Below are positions 25,520 through 44,000 of a DNA stretch of 64,000 bases, piece by piece. The translations under genes were made by a program, and so were the position numbers. The DNA is from Macrostomum lignano. Its lineage: Eukaryota. Under the pieces are notes generated by a model that saw only the letters and a list, made by a program, of their open reading frames with translations, searched no databases and was not told the DNA's origin. Every line of letters begins with the position of its first letter. Position 1 is the first letter of the stretch. The DNA is taken from contig NIVC01000037.1 of NCBI GenBank assembly GCA_002269645.1, positions 1,116,001 to 1,180,000 of the forward strand, read 5' to 3'.

Positions 25520-26612
25520 ATCCTCACTAAGCCAATAAAACCCCCACCAAGCCAATAAAATCCCCACCAAGCCAATAAATTCCTCACTGAGCCAATAAAA
25601 TCCCCACCAAGCCAATAAATTCCTCACTGTACCAATAAAATCCCCACCAAGCCAATAAATTCCTCACTGAGCCAATAAAATCCCCACCAAGCCAATAAAT
25701 TCCTCACTGTACCAATAAAATCCCCACCAAGCCAATAAATTCCTCACTGTACCAATAAAATCCCCACCAAGCCAATAAATTCCTCACTAAGCCAATAAAA
25801 TCCCCACCAAGCCAATAAAATCCCCACCAAGCCAATAAATTCCTCACTGTACCAATAAAATCCCCACCAAGCCAATAAATTCCTCACTGTACCAATAAAA
25901 TCCCCACCAAGCCAATAAATTCCTCACTGTACCAATAAAATCCCCACCAAGCCAATAAATTCCTCACTGTACCAATAAAATCCCCACCAAGCCAATAAAT
26001 TCCTCACTGTACCAATAAAATCCCTACCAAGCCAATAAATTCCTCACTGTACCAATAAAATCCCCACCAAGCCAATAAATTCCTCACTGTACCAATAAAA
26101 TCCCCACCAAGCCAATAAATTCCTCACTGTACCAATAAAATCCCCACCAAGCCAATAAATTCCTCACTGAGCCAATAAAATCCCCACCAAGCCAATAAAT
26201 TCCTCACTGTACCAATAAAATCCCCACCAAGCCAATAAATTCCTCACTGAGCCAATAAAATCCCCACCAAGCCAATAAATTCCTCACTGTACCAATAAAA
26301 TCCCCACCAAGCCAATAAAATCCCCACCAAGCCAATAAATTCCTCACTGAGCCAATAAAATCCCCACCAAGCCAATAAATTCCTCACTGTACCAATAAAA
26401 TCCCCACCAAGCCAATAAATTCCTCACTGTACCAATAAAATCCCCACCAAGTCAATAAATTCCTCACTGTACCAATAAAATCCCCACCAAGCCAATAAAA
26501 TCCCCACCAAGCCAATAAAATCCCCACCAAGCCAATAAAATCCCCACCAAGCCAATAAAATCCCCACCAAGCCAATAAAATCCCCACCAAGCCAATAAAA
26601 TCCCCACCAAGC
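25520..26612. repeat. 40-bp (2 x 20) minisatellite (ccaataaaatccccaccaag ccaataaattcctcactgta)
   Basis: Period 40 is visible across lines 25861-26160. Every 20-mer contains CCAAT. Confidence 0.95.
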
Positions 26613-27084
26613 GAATAAAAGTGAATTATTATTATAGCTAGAAAAACACGTATAGTAAGTTATTTTGTGATGTTGAATTTTTACGACAGCAAATTAAGAA
26701 AAATAGGGATATGTACGGAAAGCTTGATCGATATACCTGATAACCACTATGTTCACTATTGTACAGGTTGCACACATCATACATCAATATAAATATAAGT
26801 AATATAAATAAACACGAGTGGATTAATTCCAATTTCCAAATATATCAACTTATTAAAACAGAAAATATACCATAAAAGAATTATTACAATTGCCGGAAAC
26901 TATATTTATATAGGCCTATATTTGCTTTTATAAGATGTACAAGCGCACACTTTGCTACTGACAGTAACGGGGAGAGAAAGCGACGTATAATGATTGAAAA
27001 GCGAGTTTAAAATTGCTCCTGTGTGAGTTCTGCAGCCACTGTCCATTCAAGTTACATTAATAGATAAATGGGTATCACTCAGAT

Positions 27085-27600
27085 TAAGATGTCACTACCT
27101 ACCCCTTCAGTGTGTGTCACTATCCCTTCAGTAGGTGTCACTACCCCTTTAGTGGGTGTCACTACATCTTCAGTGGGTGTCACTATCACTTCAGTGGGTG
27201 TCACTACCCCTTCAGTGGGTGTCACTACCCTTTTAGTGGGTGTCACTACCCCTTCAGTGGGTGTCACTACCCTTTTAGTGGTGTCACTACCCCTTTAGTG
27301 GGTGTCACTATCCCTTCAGTGGGTGTCACTACCCCTTCAGTGGGTGTCACTACCCCTTCAGTGGGTGTCACTACCCCTTCAGTGGGTGTCACTACCCTTT
27401 TAGTGGGTGTCACTGCCCCTTCAGTGGGTGTCACTACCCCTTCAGTGGGTGTCACTACCCTTTTAGTGGTGTCACTACCCCTTTAGTGGGTGTCACTATC
27501 CCTTCAGTGGGTGTCACTACCCCTTCAGTGGGTGTCACTGCCCCTTTCAGTTGGTGTCATCACAACCCTTTTTAGCGGGTTTCACTACCCCTTCAGTGGG
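27085..27600. repeat. 21-bp minisatellite (gtgtcactaccccttcagtgg) just 3' of the AMMECR1 stop
   Basis: About 24 units. Confidence 0.95.
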
Positions 27601-27630
27601 TGTCACGATCACGGCTGTCAGTTGCGCAGT

Positions 27631-30758
<3,128 letters not shown>

Positions 30759-32696
30759 TATATGATATGAAGAGGGACTATTCGCAGTATTCGGTAATTC
30801 AACTAATTTTATATTAACTGGCGTCAGTGGGCCATCTTACTATTTTGGGATAAATGTGATAAACCACTAATCAAGCTATCTAGCTAAGCCTAGCTCTGGC
30901 TATAAGAAGGATAGTGAAAAGTAAACGTCATTTTGTAAGATGTAGATTCGTAACATTCAGTAGGGGCTATAGTTGACCGAAATAAAATTTTACAAATGTC
31001 AGTCAAGCAGATCTATAGAGTATAGACTATAGACGTAGGCTGTAACTTAATCCAGATCTTAGGATTAGCTTACTAAAGCTTTTCAAAAAGTTAAGTCAGA
31101 AAATAGAAGTATAATAATTTATTATTTTATTTGTAGTATTTTTTGCTCCCAATTAAGATCGAGTACCAGATTTTCGCTAGATTTTGACTCTAGTCTATAC
31201 TCTTCTTTGATGATATATAAAATTCCGTTTTCATATAACTTTTTGAATCGCAGCATTATCAATCAGCTGATTATTTTATTTTAAAAAATACCGTATGAGT
31301 TTAGTTTAAAAATAAATAAAAAATGTTTTTTCAATTTTTTTAAAAGTTTTGGTGCTTGTTTATGTACATGTGTATATATAATATCAGATTTGTTGTATTG
31401 TTTAACTTAAAACGATTATTTACGAACGAATAAACTAAATGTGCTAAATATCACATTATGAGTAACAGACATTCACATAATCATATCTTGCATATTGTTT
31501 TAGCTGATTACGGAATTTACTGTGTAAAAATAAAATAACTGAAGTTCTACGCGAACTGCAACTGTTCTATTAGACGAATAGTAAACGTACATGTAACGTC
31601 TCGATGTGATAAATCAGACGGCTTAAGGTCTTAATAAGCTATCCTAGTTTTATCAATAATTAGTAATAATAATTGAGGGACGTTTTACATTTTTTTCGAA
31701 ACTGGCGTCTTGAAACAGACGATTTGTACCTTACTTTTATATTTCATTAAAAAAATCAAATATCCTCGTTTCTAAAGTTATTGATAGCTGCAAATGTAAG
31801 CTAATATTTAATATTTTTTGTTAATCAAGAACGAAAGTAATTAGAGTTTCGGGAGATGAAGAAGTCGTCAGCAAAGCATCTTTAGAGTAGCTTAAACACG
31901 AGTTTTCCGTTTACTACCGCTTACGAAGCAGTATAAGTATTAATTTGCACATTGCCTCCCGCATGTATGCAAAGTAATATTAATCAACTGCTAGTCAACT
32001 GCTAGTCATATTGCGCTACTTAGATTCGGTCACCAAGCTTGTTTTATGAAATATAAGACATGAAATATACATAAAAAACAACGAAACTATGAAGCTTGGT
32101 AGCAATAGACATGAACAAGTTAGTCAACACTTAATTGACTTTTATTTCGCATTGAAAAGCAGTATATTTTTACAAACCGAATTGATTGTAACAGCTAGCA
32201 GTCCCAAGCAAATAAATTTCAAGCAATTTTAGCGGTTAAATTCCTAAAGCAGGCATAAATCGTCTCAAAATTTTGAAACAAAATGAAAATGCTTGGCTTT
32301 TAAGACCACCAACAGAATTATTTCAACATTCCGAGTACTATACGTTTAATAGTACAGATATAATAATAGTTTTCAGCAACATTAAGCATGAAATAGTTGA
32401 CTAAAAACGAAAGTTTCTTACTACGCTCGTATAATACCAGTATACATACAACTATTATAATTCTGACCGTCGTTTGATAAATTTTAACTAAACTAAGCAA
32501 CAATGATAATCCTGGTCATATGCTTACAAAGCAAATAATAATAAAAAATATGTCAACGTCAGTTAAAATGACAATAATAACTCGTATATACACTTTCATT
32601 GTTAAACTCAAGCAGCTTGCTAACAGTAGCATATAGAGGCCAGACTAAGCATAAAAGAAGTTAATAGAGATTAAGACAGCTGACAAGAGAGCGCAA

Positions 32697-36347
<3,651 letters not shown>

Positions 36348-37189
36348 GGATCTATATAGCGTTTAAAGCCGTTAGCATGAAAATAATATGATTGGCTGTT
36401 AGTTCTACAGCTTTACTACTAATAGCCAATTTAAGTAGAATATTGCGCGTGTCAAACTTCTCAAAAAACATTTGAAATACAAAAATGAAACTAGAGATAA
36501 GATAAAAATACAGAATACAGTGACTACTTTCAAACTCAAATGCATCGTGTTTCCTGGAAAACACCAGTGGGACAAAATTTATTCAATAACAGTTGCGAGG
36601 AAGCAGGTACAAATGGTACTGCTATGCACTTGTTAAATCAGATCTCAGATGTAATTTTTCTAACTTGCGGAAGTCAAGAGATGAAACCTCTGACCTACGT
36701 AACTTTTCAAGCATTTTTCTTTGCGCAGAGGAAAAAGATAAGCTTCTGTAATTTCTTTAGAATTACTTGTGTAGTTCAAGCTACTTAGTAAGTAGTAAGG
36801 ACATGAACTATTATTTTTTAATTGCTTGAAAGATATTGATTAGAAAAAGATGCAAAGCCAGACAATTAGCCAGATATATTATCTAATTTACTATTAATAT
36901 GCCCGTATTCTGTTCATTTTCAGGCCTCTTTATCTCTTGAATAATCTTTCAACCTTCGGATTCTTTATCAAAAATTATGCTCAATAGAAAATTTTCTACA
37001 ACAAAACCCGACTGGATGATTTTAAGAAACCAAAATCACGCAATATTGGACAACTGCAGGACGCTACCGGTACACTCGATTTTCTTAGAAATGACCTGGA
37101 GGCCGGTAAGGAACGTGTATTTTCCACATTGCTAGTGACTTTATTGAGCTTTAGAGAACGCATAGAGATGAGTGAGGTCTCGTCATGGG

Positions 37190-37830
37190 TACTTGCTATC
37201 TGGGGGATGCTTGCTATCTGGGGGACGCTTGCTGTCTGGGGGATGCTTTCTGTCTGGGGGATGCTTGCTATCTGGTGGATGCTTGCTGACTGGTGGATAC
37301 TTGCTATCTGGGGGATGCTTGCTATCTGGGGGATGCTTGCTATCTGGGGGATGCTTGCTGTCTGGGGGATGCTTTCTGTCTGGGGGATGCTTGCTGTCTG
37401 GGGGATGCTTGCTGTCTGGGGGATGCTTGCTGTCTGGGGGATGCTTTCTGTCTGGGGGATGCTTGCTATCTGGTGGATGCTTGCTGACTGGTGGATACTT
37501 GCTATCTGGGGGATGCTTGCTGTCTGGGGGATGCTTGCTGTCTGGGGGATGCTTGCTGTCTGGGGGATGCTTACTACCTTGGGGATGCTTGCTGTCTGGG
37601 GGATGCTTACTACCTTGGGGATGCTTGCTGTCTGGGGGATGCTTACTACCTTGGGGATGCTTGCTGTCTGGGGGATGCTTACTACCTTGGGGATGCTTGC
37701 TGTCTGGGGGATGCTTACTATCTTGGGGATGCTACTGTCTGGGGGATGCTTGCTGCGAGCTATCTGGGGGAACTTGCTATTTGGGGGGATGCTTGCGGTC
37801 TTGGGGATGCTTTCTATTGAGGGGGAATAC
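37190..37830. repeat. 18-bp minisatellite (gggggatgcttgctgtct)
   Basis: About 35 units. Confidence 0.95.
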
Positions 37831-38257
37831 CTGTTATCTTTGTGAAGGCTTTATTTTGTTGCCATTTTGTTGCTTTTAGAAAAAGAGATTCATAGTAAAC
37901 ATCTTTGTCCGTGACAATTTTACTTGAATAAGGTGATTTATAAAACTGAAGAAGGAATTGGTTCTTCAGAAAATGTGCTTTCTAAAGGATTTGCATGAAT
38001 AATTTTTTCTCCTTGCTTATTGGGCGCCCTGAAGGGGGCACTAGTTTGCTAGTCCATATACTAAAAGCATCAACCACTTTACACAATTGCATAATTTGGA
38101 AAGGCACTTATGCACTGACTGGCTGCGCTATCTCGTCGTTCACGGTCTCTCTTAATTTATCACACTGTGCCAAGCAGCACCACGGTGAATGGTGAATTCT
38201 AAGAAATATTCATATGATTGGAGGTTTTGCACATTGAGAAGGGGCAAGGGCACACAG

Positions 38258-38770
38258 TTATAGTCGCAGCTGGCTAAAGCTCAAATTGCCGCTAAATGGC
38301 CGAGCCAACGCCGCCTGAGAATCCATGTGGGCCAGCTGACAGACGGGAGACTCATCCCCAGCTTGAGCAGTCGCTGGCTCGGCAGCAGCCGCCTCAGCCT
38401 GGCGAACGCACTCGCGAATAGTTTCCATACAGTCGGCCCGATTCAGCAGCCGCTTCCTAGTCCGATCGGAGGCCACCACAAACTGACCGTCGCGGCTGAT
38501 CCTGTCCGAGTACAGCTGCACTAATCGCGGCTTCAATCGCTGGGGAATGAAGCTGGCCTGAGCCAGGTTGAATCGGATTTCAACTCGAGCCGTCGAGCCG
38601 GACGGCGAATCCGACAATGGCCGGCCGTTCACAGAGCAGCCCTCGCGAATGTGCAGCTCCTCGATCGGGATGCGCCCGGTGAAGCTGCCGGATGCGGCGG
38701 CGGCTGCGAAGCTTCGTCTAAAAAGTTGAACTCCGCATGCAGAGGCGAGCAGCATTGGCAGACGCGACAT
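38258..38770 (-). CDS. MRPL58: ICT1/mL62 (MRPL58)-like protein, single exon, GGQ motif absent
   Basis: N-terminus MSRLPMLLASACGVQLFRRSFAAA resembles a mitochondrial presequence. IPIEELHI...RVEIRFNLAQASFIP...ISRDGQFVVASDRTRKRLLNRADCMETIRECV parallels ICT1 IPLDRLTI...KAEVRFHLATAEWI...[32 protein letters not shown] (comparison from memory). Confidence 0.75.
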   Translation of the reverse strand: MSRLPMLLASACGVQLFRRSFAAAAASGSFTGRIPIEELHIREGCSVNGRPLSDSPSGSTARVEIRFNLAQASFIPQRLKPRLVQLYSDRISRDGQFVVASDRTRKRLLNRADCMETIRECVRQAEAAAAEPATAQAGDESPVCQLAHMDSQAALARPFSGNLSFSQLRL

Positions 38771-38984
38771 TGGCTGGCTTTAGACAGTGCAAACTGATAT
38801 TTGACCACAGCTGATTTGACTTGGGCCTGGCATGAAAAGTAGATTTGCCAATTATGAATCTAAGAAACTTTGGGGATTGGCGATTTTCCGTGTGTAAGGC
38901 GAATTTTACACATAGGGAAAACGTTCCAGGTACAGAAAGATTTTGCAGACTACAGGGGAATTCTCCAGGAAGGGGAACTATCAA

Positions 38985-39235
38985 AGATAGGATCTAGGGG
39001 GTATTCTCCATGCAGGGGTAATATCGAGGATAGGATCTAAGAGGGCTCATTAGGCAGGCGAATTATCGAGGATAGGATCTAAGAGGGCTCATTAGACAGG
39101 CAAATTATCGAGGATAGGATCAAAGAGGGCTCATTAGGCAGGCGAATTATCGAGGATAGGATCTAACGGGGCTTATTAGACAGGGAAATTATCAACGATA
39201 GGGTTTAAGGGGTTTCTTCGGGTAGGGGAATTATA
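38985..39235. repeat. 42-bp tandem repeat (aggataggatctaagagggctcattaggcaggcgaattatcg)
   Basis: About 5-6 diverging units. Period 42 measured between 39027 and 39069. Confidence 0.85.
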
Positions 39236-39984
39236 AAAATAAGATATCAGAATAAAATAAATCGAAGTAAAGGCCATTTGGATAAATAGCTGCACACTCG
39301 ATTCAATGCAACTGATTGATTAAAGTTTTGCACGTACTATGATAATAATAACAACAAAAGATTTATAATATAGACTTTGATAAATCTATCAATTACAATG
39401 CCACTTAGAAAACCGTTAAAAAACTCAACAGCAAAGTGCATTAATAATAAGTATAGAGATTAAAGTTAGAGACGGCCAATAAATATTGATAAATATGTAT
39501 ATGAAAATATATTATATAATAATACATATTTAAAACCCGAAAATGTCTATCAGTAATAATGCCCCACGTAATCACAGCACCCTTACGTTAGATTGTGTCT
39601 TCTATAACATTAAACACATACAGATTTGATCTGATTAGTAAAGCTTCAATTTGCATCACAGGTTAGTGCAATAAAGTGCAAGACGTCACAGTACCTTAAC
39701 AAACGCAGAACAGAGGTAAATTCAAATTTACAGTAGAATACAAAAAGAGAAACGCTGATTTTTTGCTTCTAAAAATCACAATTTTATATCAGAGATTGTG
39801 CCAGAATAAGTCGGTACTTTTGTTTGTGAAAATATAGTTTTTTATTAACAATAAAAAAGGAACACAACCTAAGGGTGAGCACGCCTGCCTTTAATTGATA
39901 GATAGCTTGATTCTAACTAAATCCGGGATAAGTGACTAGATTAAAGCAAAGGACGAGTCTGTGAAAACCGCATGCTAGCAGCGG

Positions 39985-40400
39985 CGGTCACTGACAGGCT
40001 GGGGATAGTGGCGGCGGTCACTGACAGACTGGGGATAGTGGCGGTGGTCACTGACAGACTGGGGGATAGAGGCGGTGGTCACTGACAGACTGGGGATAGT
40101 GGCGGTGGTCACTGACAGACTGGGGATAGAGGCGGTGGTCACTGACAGACTGGGGGATAGTGGCGGCGGTCACTGACAGACTGGGGATAGTGGCGGTGGT
40201 CACTGACAGACTGGGGGATAGTGGCGGTGGTCACTGACAGACTGGGGGATAGTGGCGGTGGTCACTGACAGGCTGGGGGATAGTGGCGGTGGTCACTGAC
40301 AGGCTGGGGGATAGTGGCGGTGGTCACTGACAGGCTGGGGGATAGTGGCGGTGGTCACTGACAGACTGGGGGATAGTGGCGGTGGTCACTGACAGACCGG
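39985..40400. repeat. 29-30-bp minisatellite (ggtcactgacagactgggggatagtggcgg)
   Basis: About 14 units. Confidence 0.95.
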
Positions 40401-41021
40401 GGAATAGACAGACAAAAGCATCTAATAGTTGCTAATGATTAGTGGACAGAAAAGTCAATCAAAATGTTAAGAAAGTCATGCAAATTAAAGCGCACAGGTT
40501 ACCGCTTACTAGTAAAAGAAAAGCACTTTGCTCAGAGCAGGGCAAAAAGCTATTAAACTAAGTGCGGCTAAAATGATAGTCCAATCATGTAAGCACAAGT
40601 GGAGACAGTATACACGATTTAGGCCAAATGTTTAACCTTCTGTACATGCAGCGATTGGCTGAGCACAGTAAGTATCAAATCTATAGCAGATTGTACTCAG
40701 TACGATTGTATAATACTCGTAGAAGCTTAGCTACTAGAAAAGTTCAATTCTCAGAAACGAATAAAACCTGCTTTACAATGTGACAATGTTAATATAAGGC
40801 ATCTTTTGAAAATGTTAAGTCAAGCAGCAGTAAATACCTCTTAAATAGTACTTTAAGTAGTCCAGATTGTGTCCAATTGATATAAATTCAGTATATTATA
40901 CAATTCTCAACTTCTACAAGCTGATAAAGACAGCAAAAACTGACTACTTATCATGAGTAGTATTAGTAGTAGCAGTAGCACAATGATAAAAAACACCAAT
41001 TAAAAATGCTGCCAGCTCAGC

Positions 41022-44000
41022 TCAGATCATCGTATTTTTAAAGGGCAGCTTGCTAACAGCCGCTATAGGCGGCGGCATCGCTGTTGAAATGCCGACGCCT
41101 CCGCCACGCAGACTCAGCCGAGCGTGCGCCTGCGGTGGTTGCTGCTGCTGCTTCTGTTGTTGTTGTTGATGCTCCGCGCTGGAAACCGACGATAATTCCC
41201 GTCTGAAAGCGCGGCGGAATTCGCCGCCTCCTGCGCCCCCGCCAAGTAGAGAAGCTCTGGAAGCGGGAACTGGCGGCACTGGTTTGATTGGCTTTTTCTG
41301 CTGCTGTGTGGGAGGAGGCGGCGGCGGCGAAGGAGAGCGTTGCTTGACCTGCTGTTGCTTTTGTTTTGGCTGCTGTTGCGAACTGCCGTTGTTAGTAGAT
41401 GGAGCCGCTGAGAGGCTGAGAGGGAAGATCAAATTTTAAGCAAAGTTAGCATCGTGCCTCATCGTCCCTTTTATTGCCAGCCACTTGACTGTCAACAATT
41501 TAACTGCCAGCCACTTGACTGCTAGCCACTTGACTGCTAGCCACTTGACTACTAGCCCTTTAGCTTCCGACCTGAATCTTAACCCCTATCCTAAAATTGT
41601 CTGCAGTAAAACTGAGACAGTCAAAAACCAGTCTCCCAATTAAAACGCGTTGAATATGTATTTGTAGAATAATACAACAATTTTCTGTACTGCATAGGTT
41701 TCGCGTGTTGGCTAATTGATAAAAGTTCACTCACTCAGCAGTGGAGGACACCGTGCTGCCGCCAGTACTTGATGCAGCATCAGCAGCCGATGCAGCTGAC
41801 GCCGGCTGGGGCGGCCTGTCGCACTGGGCCAGACTCTCCTTAACTAATCTATTTAGCTCCATCAATACGGCCTTGCGACAATGCGCGCCTTTTAATAAAT
41901 CGTTCATGGGTTTCTCCCAGTCGCCGCCAGACCATACTAAATAGGCGCCGTGCAGGCCGGACTCTAATACCCGATCCTCGCTAACTGGCGCTCCCCAAAG
42001 CAACAGCCAGCTGTGCAGGCAATTAGCCGACCAATACAGCAACAGGTTGGAGGCGAATTTCTGTCTGATAGCTACTAGCTTATCCCAATCCAGTCTGACG
42101 TAGCGCAGCAGTGCAACGCCTAGGGCTAAGCTGCGCCTATACCGGCGCTGCCTGACAGCCAACTGGCTGCCCTTCAAATCGGCTTTGTCTAGCGTTAGCA
42201 ATAGGCTGCAATCCACCATAGCGCAGCGGAACTGATCCGCTAGTTGGCGGAGGCCCAACGATGGCAGCAGCTGGCTGGCTAGCCAGACACAGTCCAGGCT
42301 GGGCGCCGGCTGCGGGGCGCGACTGTCTGGCGATGTCAGACGGTCAATGGCCAGACGGAGACGCCGACGATGCAGCGGCTCTTGAATGGCCAGCTCGCGC
42401 TGCATGTCCGAGTCGGTTAGGCGCGCCAGAATGTCGCCGGATTTCACCGTGGCCTGAAGGTATGGTTTGAGAGTCTGTCACTGACCTGGACTATAGAGTC
42501 TGTCACTGAACTAGATTGCAAAGTCTGTCACTGACTGGACTATAGAGTCTGTCACTGACTGGACTATAGTGTCACTGACTGGACTATAGAGTCTGTCACT
42601 GACTGGACTATATAGTCTGTCACTGACTGGACTATAGTGTCACTAACTCGACTATAGTGTCACTGACTCGACTATAGTGTCACTGACTCGACTATAGTGT
42701 CACTGACTGGACTATATTGCGTCACTAACTGGTCTAGTGTGTCACTGACTGGACTATAGTGTCACTGACTGGACTATAGTGTCACTGACTGGACTATAGT
42801 GCGTCACTAACTGGTCTAGTGTGTCACTGACTGAACTAGATTCTGTCACGAGACAGTCTGGACCAATGATATTTTTCAGAAAATTGATGGATTAGTCAAT
42901 AATGAACAGATACTCAGGTTTAGACACTAAAAACTTGAAGGTGTTCAAAGAACATGTTCTCCTATTACGCACCTGCAGCCGTTCGGCATAAATGGCCAAG
43001 CCCACAGTCGGGCTGGCTGCCCAAGCGGCGACGTGCTCGGCTCGCCATCTGGACAGCGGCAGCGACAGCGCCTCCCTAGCCAGCTGGTCCTGCCGTCCGG
43101 CGGCGCCGCCACCGCTAGACTTCTTTGTCCTAGTGGAAGTTCGCAGCAGTTTCTGCCGGCCAAATTCAACGTCTTCGCCGGTCTGACGCTGCTGCGGCGG
43201 CTGCGACTGCGCCGGGGCAGCGGTGGTCACAGCCGTGACAACTTCGTCATCGGCGGTTACGTCGTCGTAAAATTCGTCGGCATCCCGACGCTGACGATCT
43301 GGACTGTCCTCGGACTGAGCCGAGTGGGCCGAGTTGGTGTCGCCCCGGCCGCTATCGGCGGCGCTGGCTACGCTGCCACCGAGAATGTGCAGGCACTGTT
43401 GAAGACTCCGGTCGGCGGAGTCGTATTCGACCATGCCGGAGGTCGACGCCGCATTGCTGATTGTCGCTGTCTGCGTAGCCGCATCGACGCCAACAACAGC
43501 GGCAGTTTGACGTTCGGCTAGTGCGGCGCGAACCCGCCTCTTCTGACGGTCCAATTCGTTTTTTAGCTTGACCACCTTTTGTATAGTTAAATAGGAATTG
43601 GAAATGCTGATGTTACTACTCACTATGGATTATAGAAGACAAAATAGAGTTTACTTTTTTTTTAAGTAATAATAATTGATTACACCTTCCTTAATGGGCA
43701 GATGTGCAACCGACAGATCAGCCGCAGCTATTGCGCGGCGCATCTGAAGGCTGCGTACGGCTGATCAGTCCAAGGACTGGGGGGGGGGGTCGCCACACAC
43801 ACCCCCAATAACACCAGCTAATGGTAAGATTCAAGTGCTCAAGGACTCGGATCTCAGAAATTGTTCCGAGTTGGTCGAGAATCGAACCCCCGACCTTTCA
43901 GTCGTGAGTCCGGACTCTAACCACTAGGCTAGAGCATTAGTTGGGGTAATTGAGGGTGTGTGGCGTCTCCTCTCCAGTGCATGGACTGAACAGCCGTACA

